This document shows, one piece after another, positions 22,561-38,100 of a stretch of 64,000 bases of DNA (positions are counted from its first letter, which is position 1; every line of letters begins with the position of its first letter). The position numbers and the translations under genes are program-made. The notes below the pieces were generated by a model. It was given only the letters and a program-made list of their open reading frames with translations, was not told where the DNA came from and searched no databases. Source of the stretch: the human T2T-CHM13v2.0 reference genome, Homo sapiens; the NCBI RefSeq assembly GCF_009914755.1, contig NC_060927.1. The stretch is one strand, 5' to 3'.

Positions 22561-25500
22561 GTGAGCAGGCAACATCTCAGCAGGTCTTGGCTCCTTGAGG
22601 GTCTCGCTCCAGATGGCCTAAGAGGTGGGGAGGCCTGAAGGTGGGGCGGCTGGAGGTATGCTCACCTGACCTGCCCCAGCCTGAGGCTTCCATCCCCCAC
22701 CAGAGGGGACCATGGAACTGAGACTCCCCTAAACCAGAGGCATTTATCCCCAACAGGAGATTTTGGGATACCTCTCAAAGGGCCACGGTGGGGCTTCACA
22801 GTGGCCCTATTCCTGGACACACTGTAATTACCTGGGGAGCTGGACCCAACCCCAAGAAGCAGAGGCAGTCCTGGGAGCACAGGTCAGCTTCACAGTTTCA
22901 GCCAAGGCGGCTCAGGGCAGCAGCCTAGATATGGGCCATTGCTGGCCTCTGCAACAGAAAGTACCTTCTGTTTCCAGTTAGCAGGCGCATGAGTGCTGCT
23001 GCCTGGAGGGCCAGGGAGGACTAATTACATTGCTTCTCTTGCTTCAAGTTTCAGAGGCTTCTGAGGAACAAATCCAGGCGCAAGTTGTCTTAGGAGGGAG
23101 GTTCTGGGACCTGAGCTGGGGTGGAGAGGGGGGATGTGATGGCCCTAGAGAGCATGGCTAGCACTCCCATTCCAACCTTGGGCACGAGGACATGTCTTTG
23201 GGGTGGCTGTGGCTGGGGTCAGAGTTTGAGGGGCCCAGTGTAGAGGTGGCGTGGGCACCATGGGAACTTCTGAGGGAGCTGGATGGTTCTAGAGAGAACT
23301 TCCAGGTCAAGGCAAGGACCCTGCCCAAGCCTAGCCAGGGAGGGCAGAGGTCTGGAAGAAGATACCAGGTGGGTAGGGCATCTGCAGGGCACATATGGCC
23401 TCAGACAGGCTGGAGACCAAGACGACATGGGCTGGATAAATGTGGGCCCAGGTGCTCAGGCCGCCCATGTCTCTGAAGTCAGTCCTGACTTCAAAGTTGA
23501 GTCCAGATGCCAAGCTGGGAAGCATGGAGACGGACAAGGGCTGGCGTCAGTATGTGTGGCTGAGTGACACTGCTCAGCATGGGCCTTGGCTTCTGCAGGC
23601 CAGGCCTCTGCCCACTGGGTACCCACAAAAGATGCCAAAGTCCCACTTTCAGGAACACACGCTGGTGCCTAAAAGAGAAGCCTAGGGCTGAGAAAAGGAA
23701 GCTGTAGCAAGATATCACTTCCTTTCCTGCCAATGTTCCTCGTACCAGCATTCCGATTTCTCATGGGTGGCAGGAGAGAGCCGGCAGGGGCAGAAGTGTC
23801 TGCCGCAAGCAGCACTCCAGGCGGACAGGGCTCTAGATGGCCTCACCTAAAGTGAAAACAACTACTGGCCTTGCTCTATAAATAGGTTCTTGGGAGAGTG
23901 TTTCCACACGGGTAGCTCCTGGCAGGAGGAGAGGTTGGCACGGGATGCGCTTCCTAATGACTTTCCTGCAGGCTCTATGGGCTGGCTTCAGCCTCGTCTT
24001 GAGCATGGCCGTGGGGGCCCCATGGGTCACGGAGGCAGGGTGAATCTTCTAGGGAGGCACTCCCCACAGTGGCCGAGCGAGAGAACCCAGGGTGCCAGGG
24101 CGGCCTGGCTGGGGCAGGCTGAGCCTACCAGGCAATGGGAAGAGGCCCTGTTCCAGGACGGCAATGCTCACAGGAAGTGGAGCCATGCCCCAGGGCACCA
24201 GGACCTCCTGGCCTGCCACCGCTGCCTTAGCACGTGTGGTTTCCTCAGCAGCCTGGGCGGGCAGAACAGGGGTGGTAAGGAGAGAACCCCCAAGGGTTCT
24301 CTAGGGAGATTCTGCTCCCCCTTAAATGACCACACACCAATTAAATTTGGAGCCATCAGGGGCCCATCTCAAGCAAATCATTTCGGAAATGAGGTTAATG
24401 ACAGGGCACTGGGGTGACAGGACCAGTGTGACTCACCATGCCCTCGCTTATTCAGTGGGCTGGACTTCCAGGATTCGGGGCAATCACAAACACCCACCCT
24501 CAAGCCTGTGCTCTCCCCAGAGGTGGCCTTAGTGACAGCAGAAGAGATAGCCTTAGAGTGCTTGCCTTCTCGGGTGGGGAGGGGCCCAATCCCTTCTCAC
24601 CACCGGGGACACCCATGGCAGGGGCCATGGGATCAGGAGATGAGAACTCTAGCTGCCTAACATTACAAAGCCAGAGGGACCCTGGGACCACGAGCCCCCC
24701 CACCATCCCCACTGGCACATGGGGCCAAGTTTCAGGGAAGGGGCCTGACTCGCCAGGCCAGTGGTGGGATAACACCAATGGTCACACACTAACCGCACTT
24801 AACTTGCACCAACCACTGTAGTGAGTGCCCAATGACACAAGCACTATTGTATAGAGGCCCAAAAAGGTCACAGAACTAGTCGGAGAGAGCGAGGGTTTGG
24901 ACCTGGGCCATGGGTTGGGGGCCTCCTGACCTCACCACTTTGCCCTTGCCCCACAGAGCACCCCCCCGCCCACCCACCACTGAGAAGTCATGATGCTGTG
25001 GCAATCAAATCACAGGACAGAAGGCCAAGGACTGTGCTGGGTGGCAGGATGGCAGAGTTCCCACAGCAGGCTGGCATGTGCTACCTGAGTCTCTGAAGTG
25101 GGTGACTAGGTGGCCACAAGCCTGTGGCAACCCCTCGACACAGCCTGTCAGGCGCTCCCAGGGTGTGGTGACTTGGGTGAGAGGCGGAAAGCCTTGCCAC
25201 AGGCCGGGGCTGGACTTGATGGCTTCTACCTGCAAGCTGCCTGCCTTGGTCATCTCAGCCACCTCTCAGCTTCTCCAGCAGGAAGTGCAGGTTTATCCCA
25301 GGAACCCACAGAAACTGGACAATGGTAGGCAGCAGGCTGCAGTTTAAATCACAGACATCTATTCTTTTATTTCACATTGGGAAAATTAGGGCATGAAGGC
25401 GCTGGGGAGGCAAACGATGGGGAATTGCTGCTGATATGCACTTACTGACAAAAATGCTAAACTAACTTCATCTTCCTAACACAAAAGAGATTCCTGCAAT

Positions 25501-26042
25501 TTGGTTTCTGAGAGCTCAGTTACCAAATCCAAAATTAGGAGAGATGACGGCTGAGCCGAGCCATTTGCATTTCCAGAAGGGCTGCTTTTGTGCTTGGCAG
25601 CAAGAGTGGGGGATCAGTAGCAGCCCCAGCTACAGGGAGCCATCGGGTAGGGCTGGCAGAGCGTCGCTTAGGGAGATTCTGCAAGAAAGCTCCATCATGT
25701 GGCCCCCACACCTCGCCAAGCCACCTCAAGCCCACCCAGGCCCCACACTCCTTGCTGCCTGTGAGGGCCCTACACTCCCAGGCAGTGTGGTGTGTAGCTC
25801 AGGGGGCCTGCAGCATCTCCACGGGGAGGGGGTGAGGGTACAGAACTGAGGCTAGAGGGACAATGCCCACAGCAGTCACAGCTGCCTAGGACCCCGTTTC
25901 CCTCCCACCAGATTCTCACTCAGAGCAGTGAGGTCCTGAGTCAAGCCTCGCATGAGCAAGAAAAGGAACTCAAGAAGAACTCAGGCCCCAGGTGAGAGCC
26001 TTGGCACCCACCCCACCCCCAGCTCTGCCCTCAGCATGGTGA

Positions 26043-26463
<421 letters not shown>

Positions 26464-28149
26464 TCAAGGGAGGGGTGTGGGCGTGGACACCCAGACCACT
26501 CTAGCAGAGCCCTCTGACAGTCCATGGGGCTTGAGCGTGGGCCTATCCAAGCTTGGCGCTGGCGCTGGCTCTGGCCTGTCTCTATCTGGACAGCCCACGT
26601 CAGGCTGTCCCAGGACACGCCGATATCATACTACAAGAAGTGTGTGGGAGTGAGTCCTTCCTCCTGACCCCTTACATCTAGTAACCAGTGGAGCTTCCAC
26701 TGGCAGTCAACAATCAGGGACAAATACCACACCACTACCCCTAAGACCACCTCCTGCAACTCCACATGTCCTCCAGCAGAGAAAGGTGGATTTCACAGAG
26801 ATTCCAAACTCGATCCTGGTGTAAACTGAAGACAGGGGTGATGGCAACCTCGCTCTGGCCTGAGAGCAAGACCTGCCACACAACGCCTTGGAGACCCTGC
26901 ACATGTCCTGCTGCCCCCAGAGGGGCCGTCATCTGTCTCTGGAGATGACCTTGCCCTGGGCTGGTTGCTCAAATCATCAGAATCTCCACCCATGGTAGGT
27001 CCAAGCCCAGGTCCGGAAGCCACAACAGGCAGCCCAGTGCTGGTCTGGTGGCAGGAGGGCTGGCATGGGAGGGAACCGACACGGCTGGCCCCATAAGTTG
27101 CACCTCCTCTTAGCAGGCTGACCTGCAGTTGCCCAGACTCTACTTCAAAGCCTCCTGAGGTAGCCAAGAGACTTACCTGCCAGCATGGACCAGCAGGCCT
27201 GCCAGGCTCGTCCACACACCGGCAGGGCCACGTGGGAAAAGTGCGGCAGGTCCCAGCAGCTGCCAGAGCACCCTGAGCCCGCAGCTTCTTCCCATCGACA
27301 GTGCAGGGGGAGGATGGTGTTGAGAGCAGACCCTGTAGATCCAGTGGGACTGGTGGGGATGGGGAGTCCCACTGGGGGACTGATGGGGGATGGGCTTCTC
27401 TTGAGCACCTGCTCTGCACTGAGCACAGTGCATTGCTTACCTTGTCACCAGAGGAGGGTATCACAACCACTTCACACAATAAGAACCCAAGATTCAGAGA
27501 GGTTAGGTCACAATGTTGAGGTCACACAGCTGGCAACAGGCAGCTCCCTCCCCACCCAGTGTAGGCCAGAGAAAGCGTCCCGTCATCAGGACTCAACACA
27601 GCTGCCCTCTAGTCAGTCCAGGCTCTGAGGCATGCAGGCTCTGCTTCCACCTGGAGGCTGCAGAGGCTGTGAACCCACTGACCACGTGGTACTGACAGCT
27701 CCTGGGACGATCTAACACCACCTCCCATTCCCCAGGGCAGGGCAGGTGTGTTTGAGGATAAAGACCTCCTTGGCTGGCTGAGCCCCAAGAAGCTGAAGAC
27801 GGAAGGCACGGGCGACACACAGACACAGGGAAAACATTTGTCCTGGCTTCCCCAGCACAGGGGCAGAGGGAGGACCCTATGGAAGCCCTCAGGAGCAAAT
27901 GGAAACTTGGGTGCCTGAGGCCTCTGAGTCCCAACAGAAGCAGTCAGTGGGGGCCAGCCAGAGGGAGGTGGGTGCATGCAAGGGCTCTGACTGCCCTTGT
28001 TCCCCGACACCCTGAACAGCTGCAAACAGGGGGGTCCTGGCCTCAGAGGCAATCCTGGCAGAGGCCGTCCCAAGTCACCATTCTCATTCTGTTTGGGCCC
28101 TGGGGATGGGAAGATTGATTAAGTGTCATCCAGCATAAGCCACTCCTGC

Positions 28150-28789
28150 AACAAGTGCAATGAAGTCAGGTTTAATTTTGAGATTCCTGTGCCCTCACTC
28201 ACGCAAGGAGGAAGTCACCTGGCTCCAGTGAACACGTGTGGAACAGAAATCAGGGCCACTGAAAAGCCACCACCCACTTGAGAGGGCTTGTTCCCAACAA
28301 ACCTGACTCAGATGGGCCCACTTTGGGCCTTTAGTCAGATTTAGAGAAAACCCCCGGCTCATCCAATCAATGTGCAATCAATTTCTACACCATGGCAGAG
28401 GTAGGAAAAGCCAGTCACATGTCCAAATGATGAGTGAAAATCAAGGCATCATGGAGCCACCTCCTCCAGAGGGGGAGCCACAATCTCAGGACCCCGAAGG
28501 AGCAGACATTTTCAAGTGGCTCCTTTACATTAAGCAAAATGTGGTCCTCTCATTTGGGTCTGAAGCATCATTTGTGTGTGAGCCCGGCCCACTGGGGACC
28601 TCTGGCTGCCAGGTGGAGAGCCTCCTGGTGCAGATAGCAAGGTGGAGGGCAGAACTGCAAAAATCCAGGGCTCCAGTATGGATGTGATTCCCACAGAGTT
28701 CAGTCCCCTTTATTTACCCAAGTCCCACGGTACAAATCCCTGGCCTGCCACCTGCAAATCCACCGAGCTCCTGATTCCTGCTCCCCTGA
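28150..28789 (-). other. POC1A: POC1A 3' UTR
   Basis: Follows the TGA; ATTAAA at 28176-28171 and proximal AATAAA at 28714-28709. The end position is estimated. Confidence 0.65.
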
Positions 28790-29143
<354 letters not shown>

Positions 29144-31385
29144 CTAGATGGCAGGTCCCATAGCCTTTGGTCATTTCTCAAGAGAACCAAGGGGTCAGGA
29201 ACCCCCCACCCTGGTGGCCTGGCATTTATATTGGAGTTCTGCAGCAAAACCAGTTTCCTTGTCTGAGCCAGGCACTGTCCATAAACAACTGGAGACCATC
29301 AACCACCTCCACTCCAGAGGTGAGAAAATTGCACCCACAAATGATGGCACTCCACTTGGGTCCTTCCCCTCACACCTGGAAGAGCCTCCCAGGCTGGCAG
29401 GGGACAAAGGCAGGGAGGTGAGTCCCCTGATCCCAGGAGGGTCTCTGCCTGTCCAAGTCCAACGAATACTACTATAGGATATGTCATGTGGGACTTCAGC
29501 CCAGGGCAATCACAGGCCATGACAACTTCATCTCTCTGAGCCCACTTTCTCCTCCTTCGCCCAGTGCGAAAGACAACCAAGCTCATGGCCTAGGTAACTC
29601 AGCAGCCCAGCAGTTGCTCACTCTGACCATGCTTGTCAGAGTGCTTGTCAGGCAGATCATGCTGCCTTCCTGAAGCTGGGCCCTTGCTCTCCTGGCCTCT
29701 CTTACACACCCAGCACAATGGCTCACCTGCGGACCTGGCTGCCTGGCCTGCCAAAGGCCCCCAGCTGCTGGAGCTGCATGTGCTTCATGGGCCAGGGCCA
29801 GTCTTGCAGACATAGCTCCCAGACAGGCTGGGAAAAGCTGCCCTCCTCCTCTGGCTTTGGATAGAGTGTCAGCAGAGGGGCAGCACTGTCTGGGAGCCTG
29901 CATGCTCCCCAAAGAGGGGCTGGACCAGAGCAAGCCTGCCCCACTCATCACTTGCGCGGGTTGGACCATGCTGGCCATGACGCCTTTGGCATCATTTCAC
30001 TTCCCTCTTTAGGGTTGGCTGAGTGCCTTACTGTATGCCAGGCCCCTGCTGGCCAATGGATGAGCCCATGTGAGTATGGCAGCCTTGACTCCGGTACTGT
30101 GCAGCCCATAGGCATCAGGAGGGTCAGATTAACCTCACCCGTGTGCTTTCCCAAGAGGTTTTGCCCCCTTCCCTGGGGCTCCATGAAGTCCTGGGCCTTG
30201 GTCCAGTGGAAAGGAAACTTTCTTTCATACATTTAATAAAACATTGAAACATTTTAGAAGGGAGTCTCCCCCTTTAAGGCTGCTATAAATTCTTGCAGCG
30301 TCCGGCACAGACATTAGCTGCCATGGAGGGTGCTCCGCCTGGTGGCTGGCCCCTTCTAAACGGGCCAATCAGGGCTGTGAGGGCTCTGAACCCTCTGTCA
30401 CTGGACAGAGCCTGGAAAAATTGCTGCCCATGGAACACAAACTGCACCCTAAGAGGCAGAGCTGAGCTGAAAGAGACCATCACATTCCCCCTGTGCTGGC
30501 CAGCCAGCCGGGGAGGGGGTCTGCAGCTCGTAAAAGTGGCAGCGGAAACAGCCCCTGGCTGGCCCGGGGCAGCATTCCTGGAAGTTTCCACTGGCTGCTG
30601 TGAAACTCATAGGGCCAAAATCATTCTTCATCCAGACTTTTTCCGATGGCCCCAAACTCAAGGCCGCAGCAGAGGAGCCTGTTTTTCCTCTTCTGCCTTT
30701 TTTTTTTTCTTGAAACTTTTCACAGGAACCCAATTTGCAAACGTGGAGATAGTGGGCCCAGAAAACGTGGGTGAGGTGCTGGGCCAACGTCAATACAAGG
30801 GACTCCACTTAGTTCCATAGGGGGCCCATACTTCAGCTCAGTAGGAATGTGACCACTAAATGTGTCTAAATTATTTGAAAAGAGAAGCATCACCTGTTTC
30901 ACAACCAGCCCCCTGCATGAAGGGTGCCACCCCGTTGAGGCCTTCCTCTGAGAGCTTTGAGGATCACTTCACAGCACAGTAGACAAACAGGCTTTTATGA
31001 GGCCCAACACCCCTCAAGGCAGTTTCTCCCCCTCCAGCCTAGCTTCAGAGGAGCTGTGTCATCTCTGTGTTTGGTCTCAGCTTCCCCTGTTCCTTCTCTG
31101 CCAAGGTGCCTCGTGGTGGCCACCATCAGGGAGAAAGAAGTCCAACCAGGCCCTTCCCAGCACACGTGATCCCAGCTGCCCCCACTCTGAGCCAGGAGAA
31201 GGCCTGGGAGAGCAGGATGCTTTTTGGATTTCTGTACATTAGAATGCTGTCTGGCACTCTTTGCTCCATGTAGTTAAAAAAAAAAAATCCTACTTTCTTA
31301 AAAATTTTTATATTTTTCTTAAAAATCAAATTTTCTTAATAAAGCATAGGACCTCATTTTCACAGAAAATGGTGACTCCTCATAG

Positions 31386-31698
<313 letters not shown>

Positions 31699-32989
31699 TG
31701 AAACATGGAAATCTGAAATGCTGCTGGTGTGCCTTCCCTCTACAAGGGGAAGGAAGGGGTTCCCCCATGATGGAAATGCCCCACTGGGCATCCAAGTGGC
31801 AAAGTGGAGACACACTCAGGGCTGGTGGCACACACAGGCAGGAGGGCTGGCAGGCCACCTGCAGGGAGTCTGTCTGGGCCACAGGCCCAGAGCAGCCAGG
31901 ACAGGCCATCACAGTGCCACCGTGCTTCCCCAGCTGCACGGGAGCTGTGGGAGGAGGGCAGGAGAGCATCTGAGGTGGCAGAAGGGGTGTGTGGGGAGTA
32001 CCCCTGGCACAGACTGGTTTGGAGCCATATCACGTGGCCTTGTTCAGAATGTATATGATCTTTACCTGTCGGTTCACAACAAAAAGTAAGCACATCCCCA
32101 CATACCCATACGAGGGTTCAGAAAATACATGCTACCTCGGTGTACACAGGCCACTGCCATTTCCACCTGCTGCCTAGTGGCCCAACTCCCAGCGGGGCCC
32201 AGCCAAGCAGGCTGCTCTCGTCGCCTCATGCTCCGTCCAGCCCGGGAATTATCCTGCTACCAGCGCCTGTCCTCACCAGGCTGGAGACAAGGCCACACCT
32301 GCCCTGGAGGGTGAGGAGGAGCGCTCTGCAGGCAAATACCTCTGCGGCCTCCCCGGGTCCACACTCCATGGCCTGGAAGCCACGACTTTCATTTATTCAA
32401 GGAAAAATGAGCGCTGACCTTCCAAACAGTTCCTTGATCACACTGCCTCTCACCCTGTGCTCTGTACAGGGGAGCAGGGGCCAGAGGTCTGGTCCTAGCC
32501 CCTCAGAAGGTCCCCAAAGAGGTACAGGCTGTGTCAGGTGCCAGGTGTCAACAAGGGAAACTGCTTTGCCTGACACAAGCGTCCATGGCTTCTGGCTTTG
32601 GGGCAGGGTAAAGGGAAACTGACGAAGGGGTTGAGGAGTCCAGGGCTCTGGCTGCTAGAGGGGCAGCCTGGGCAAAGTGGCCAGGAAAGATGGCCCATCT
32701 CCCAGAACTCCCTCTTGCTGGGGTCCAACTCTTCCACAGTGCGGCCCCTTCTGTCTGCTGACCTTGGAGAAACCAGGCAGCTCATTCCCTTTCCTTGGAC
32801 CTGGTGCTACCCTGGGAACATTCTTAAGTCCTCCATGTAATTGGGGTGTGGAGCTTAAACATGAGGGGGACCAGCAGGAGGTCCTGGGACTGGGCTCAGG
32901 GCGGTTCACCCTGATCATTGACCCTCTGCTCTGTGGGCTTCTCTTGGCAGCTGACTTTCACGGGACGCTCGTGTGTGCCAAAAACTTCA

Positions 32990-33130
32990 ACAAACCTTCA
33001 GCGTGGGAGCTTTTATCATCCCCATTTTACAGATGAAGAAACTGAGGCACAGTGAGATTAAGTAACTTGCCTAAAGTTACACAGCTTATCAGTGACAAGC
33101 CTAGGCTGTGAGCCTAGGTGGCCTGGCTGC
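32990..33130 (-). mobile_element. MIR SINE
   Basis: atccccattttacagatgaagaaactgaggcacagtgagattaagtaacttgcctaaagttacacagct. Confidence 0.85.
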
Positions 33131-34065
33131 AGTGAGCACACTAAAGCACTGGGTAGTGTGCATCTTGGCTCTGTCCCCATCAAGAATGCCAAAGGAGAGG
33201 CCTGCTGGTGTCCCATCCCACTTCCAGCCCTGATGCCCAAACTCAGGCAGCCTGAGGAAAGACTAGGGGATCCCTGTCCTCACCCAGCAGCAGCACCTGC
33301 TGTCCTGGTTTAGGCTGCCTGGCCTAGCTGCTCTGAATTAAATGAGCAGAAACTCCTACCTCAGCCACAGTGGGAATGGACAGCCCCCAGGGTCACCCAC
33401 CCCCTCACATTGTCAGGCCTCATGTGTCACCTCCCCCTGAAAAGCAGTCTCTTACCTGGCTAAACATTTAGGTTTGGAATTATTACAAAGGTCATAAGGA
33501 TAATTCATGTGAGCCATGAAAACTCAATATTATAGGAACCGAAAGGACATAGTGACAAGAACCTCCTCCTGGATGCACCACGAGAAGCTGCCCCAATCAC
33601 TTCACTGTCAACGCTTCTTTCACTGGCACTTGTGCCACTGCAGCATTAAGTGATCAGCCCCAAAACATGCTGTGGAACTCGCCTGGGTCACTGCTGGGTG
33701 GCCCATCCCCTGAAGACAAGGTTCAACTTTAAACAAGGTACCTCTCTCTCCCTAAATCGGAGTGACAGGAAGCCGGATTGAGGACCCTATGGCCTGGGCA
33801 CTGTCACTCCTCACCCGATACTGTCCGCCTCCCAAGTCAAGGCCCTCATGGCCAGTGTCAGGAAGCCTCATGGGGTGTGGTCAGCAGGGCTCCAGAAGTT
33901 TTATCTTCAAAGTCACATCTGCCGAGGTTCACCTGGGGGCTCATTTCTGAACCCTTTTCCTACTCTGTTACCAGCAATTTCCTGGAAGCCATGGCCCTTC
34001 TCAAGAAAGCCTTGGCCTTAAAATCACTTGTTTGCCATCGAATGTATTCTGTTGTTTCTCTAGAC

Positions 34066-34237
34066 CAAGGGTTAGCAAACTACGGCCGGCTGCCCCTTTG
34101 TGTAAATAAGGTTTTATGGACACGCCTGCTGGCTTCCGTATGGTCTCTGGCTGCCTTCTGGGTCCAGCGACAGGTTGACAGAGGCTGTATGGTCCACAAA
34201 GCCTAAAATCTTTACTGTTTAAATTTGCTGACCCTTG
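34066..34237 (+). mobile_element. MER58A-like hAT-Charlie MITE
   Basis: TIRs caagggttagcaaa / tttgctgacccttg; internal tgtaaataaggttttatgg and gtatggtccacaaagcctaaaat. Confidence 0.8.
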
Positions 34238-34429
34238 CCCTCGCTCTTCCCTTACTCAAACTCTCACAAAGCACCTCCCCAATGCTGGCCTGTGCCTGGC
34301 CCAGGATGATAATACGCAGACTCGGCTGAGCCCACAGGGTGCACCACAGTTCAACGAGGCAGATGCCACGCAGGCGCATAGACAGTGGGCTGCACTGCTG
34401 GGACGGAGGGGCAAGAGGGGCAGGAAGAG

Positions 34430-35100
34430 GATCAGGACCCAAAGAATGGTGTGTGCAAAGGCCCTGAGCTGGCCAAGGTTAAGAAACGGGAGGGATGGAC
34501 CATAGGAGGCACGTGTGCTGGAGCAAGAAGAGGGGGCCTCAGGGGAGGCAGGAGATGGGGTTGGGCTCTGCAAGTCATGCCTAGCAGCTTCATCTTCACC
34601 CTCAGAGCAGGAGGGTGCTGGGGGGTGCTAGGCTGAAGGGATTTGAGACTCCTCTGGCTACTACACAGGGACAGTCTGGGAGTGGGTTCATGGCTGTGGG
34701 AAGGTGAGGTGCAGGCAAGAGAGAACGAGAGGGGATGACAGTGGCTTGGACTGGGGGCAGGAGAAGCCAGGAAGGAAAGTGGACAGAACCAGAGATAGCC
34801 ACAAAGAACGAAGCACCAGTACCTGGTGACGAGTTAGATGGGGGTCTGAGAGAGATGTGCTCCAAGGCCAAGAACACAAGACAAGGACTGGCCCTGCAGG
34901 AGAGGCAGAAGACGGGCTCCAGATTACACAGGCTGAGTATGAGGACCCCCAAGAATGTTGAGAGGGTCTGGCAGGCATGGGGTGGTCTGAGAAGCCTGAG
35001 CCAGCAGCAGAGTTGCACTGCATTTTTAAGACTGGGATTACTGAGGATCCTATTGAGGGCAGCCAGTGGGTGAGGAGGGAAGGAAGAGGGGGGAGTGGGG
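34430..35100 (-). mobile_element. Degraded L2 fragments
   Basis: gtgtgcaaaggccctgag and gtggcttggactggggg...aagtggacaga motifs; boundaries uncertain. Confidence 0.45.
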
Positions 35101-38100
35101 AGGGCAGTGGACCCACAAGGGCCCTGCAGGCTGGAGAGCAGAGTCCAGCGCAGGGGAGCTGAGGGCCTTGGCAGGACCCAGGGTGATGTCAGCGATGGGC
35201 TGAACGTCCTGGAAAGCTCCTTGGTGGGGATGAAGGAGGGACTGCCCAACCCAGGTGACCCAACAGGGAGGATGCCGAGATGCTGGGGACCAAAACCAAG
35301 AGCATGGTGACAGGCTAGCTTGGGCTGGCTCTCAGTAGCTGGACAGTGGATCTAGGAGCTCGGACCAGGTGGTAGGGCTTCCAGCCGTGATTCATCCGCC
35401 TGAGCTCTCCAAGGAAAATCCCCCCAGGAGAGGGTGAACAATGGCATTCTATCTGAATCCTAATTTTTCTGCTCAGGGGAGACACTGTGATCTGTCCTAT
35501 TGGGGCAACATTCAGAGGGCGAGTGTGCCTTCTCTCACTCACAGTTCAAGACGTGTAAAACGTTTTATGTAACACCTTAAAGGGCCTTCTGAGCATGGTA
35601 TAAAAAGAACTGATTTTAAAATGACAGGCTTTTATTTTTAGCCCCCTAAAAACTGTAGTGATGCCCAAAGAAATTGCACTGAAATACAAGTCCTCAGAGA
35701 CATGTCTGGCACCTGGGCCCCCAACTCCAAGTAGAAGAGGAACACTGGCGACATCTCAACAGATACCCCCAGTCTGCACCTCACTACCTCAGATGCGTCC
35801 TTCTCTACTGACATAGAGTAATTAGGTGTCTGCTGAAAGCCTGCTATGGTCCCCACAGGGCTCCGAGATTGGAACAGTTGAGCCCAGATGCCGTATCATC
35901 CTCCACGCCCACCAATGGCCCAAACTGACCAGTTCAGGTGTCCTGCCTGGGACAGAGCCTGGGTTTATGCAGCTCTGCTGGCCTCTGGGGTGGCTGGGGG
36001 GAGAGCCTTAGCTCCTCTGAGGTATGTGATGGGGACTCGGGCATCTGGGGCATCACGAGAGTTCAGAGAGGTCTCTGTATGACCCTCCAGCTGGCAAGAG
36101 GCATGGGCGGTGTGACACTCCCACTGGCTCTGCAGAGGTACAGGAAGAGTTCCTCTCTGGACAGGCACAGAGGAGGTGGGAGCATAGTGCTTCTGGAGAG
36201 GGTGAGGCCCCCACCCTCATACGTGGCGAAACAGAGCAAACAAGGACAGGTGTGACTGACCTGGCTGCACCTCACACCCCGTGGAGTGACGTACAGTCCC
36301 TCATGCCCACTTTCTCCCCTCAGGTCTAGTTACACCCCAGCGCTCTCCCTGGGCTACGTGGGCTTTTCCTTTGTCCCTCCTTTCTCCTGCTGGCCACCTC
36401 CTCCCAGTGTGACCTCCCCTTCTTTCAGCCCCAGCCTCTTTTTCTCCCTGGCCTGGTTTTCTCTTGAGGTGGGCTTGTCCTGCACTTTTTTCTTAGCTTT
36501 TCTCCCAGTTCTCATTTCTATTTCCTTTCAAGGCCTCTTCATTCCCTTTCCACTCTGTGTTTGGTGAGAGGGCGAGGGAAACAGGAGCAGAGTGTGTGTC
36601 TGGCCACCTGGGACTGAGCTCCAGGTGGAGTCAGGCCCCTGCCACGGCTCACCTGCTATGGGGCTGATGCCAGGGCTGCCCGGCCTGGGAAGGAGAGCAT
36701 CAACTCTGACAGGAAGGCCTCTGGGAGAAAGCAACACAGGATGAGCCAATGCAAATGCTTTCCAAGTACTAGGTGCAGCAGGTGCAAAGGCCCTGAAGCA
36801 CACTCTTGGAACTGTCAGGAGGCCAGGGTGCTTGGCCTCAAGTGGTTGAGCAGGGAAGAGATATGAGCCCTAGGGCCCTCAGCTCGAAACAGAAGGGAAC
36901 AGAGAAGCCTCCACTCCCTGGCACTGCCTCACCAGGCTCACAGGTCTGAGTAGGCACAGCCAGGGAGGATGCTGCTCCCACGTGCCTGTGGCCAGTTTGT
37001 AGAACGCTGGTTCCAGAATAAACTCTGGGAGAAGAGCCTCGACCTAGGAACTGACCACAGCCACCTGGTCCTACAGTCCATGAAACGGAAGTGAATGGAC
37101 AGACTGGCACTTCAGAGCACAGACCAAGGGCACACCCTCAGAGACAGGTCCCTTCCAGGAGCTGCTCCTCCTCCCATGACCATTGTTGTCACCACCTTTG
37201 CTGAAGGCTTCCCTCATGCACTCATGGGCAAACATGGCAGGGAAGCTGGAGCCGTAACTTCTCCAAAACTGAGGAGTTGTGGGACACTCACGACCCGCCT
37301 TGGGGGCAGCCAACAACATCATTCACTCCCATACCTCTGTCAGGCACCCACCACAGGCAGCAAACAAGGGACCCTAGCTCTTGGGGGCTTCCGAGCACTG
37401 ACACAGCTGCAGCACCGGTCCTGTCTAGGCTGCGAGGAAAGCTACTCCACCACCACTGACAGCAAAGAACATCTTAGGGGCAGGAAAGAACAAGGGTGGC
37501 CAGATCCTTAAAAATACTTCTCCAAGTGCAGGCTTCACTCGAGGCTTCCCCAGTCCATCCCCCTGCCCCCCCAGCTCTGGGGCAGCCCCTCTTCCCAGGG
37601 GCCTCCTGCTCACCTTGGCCAGGGCCCTTCCCCATATCCACATCCTGCTCTTAGCAGAGCCCTGGGTGGTGGTACCTGGGGCCCTCCTTGGTGAGTGGTA
37701 CTGGTTCTTATGGGAGCGTCCTCTGAGCTGGAAGACAGGTGGCATGGAGGTGGACAGGGTGGTTGGGCCAGACTGATGGGTGAAGGCGGAGCCAACATCC
37801 AGGCATGTGTCCCACCAAGCACTCTGCCTGGGCTGGGGACACAGTGGCAAGGGGAGCTGCAACTGTCCTGGGTTGGCAGGTTTGCAGGGAGGCCAGGAGA
37901 TAAGGCACCAGTGGCTGATGGGGCAAGATGGAAAGCCACACTGACTGAGAGAAAGGAGAGGCAGCAGCTGGGTGAAGCCTGGGAGAGGCAGTAGGAGGGT
38001 GAACACACAGGACCATGCTGTCCCAGGCCCCCCTGGCGGCCACACTGGGTTAGTCGGCGTACCATTGGCAGGGGCAGCCACATCAGGGCTCTGCCCTCGC

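Noticed and set aside
38025-38043. CTCF-like TGGCCGCCAGGGGGGCC
   Set aside because: An extra G displaces the conserved C; too weak without binding data.
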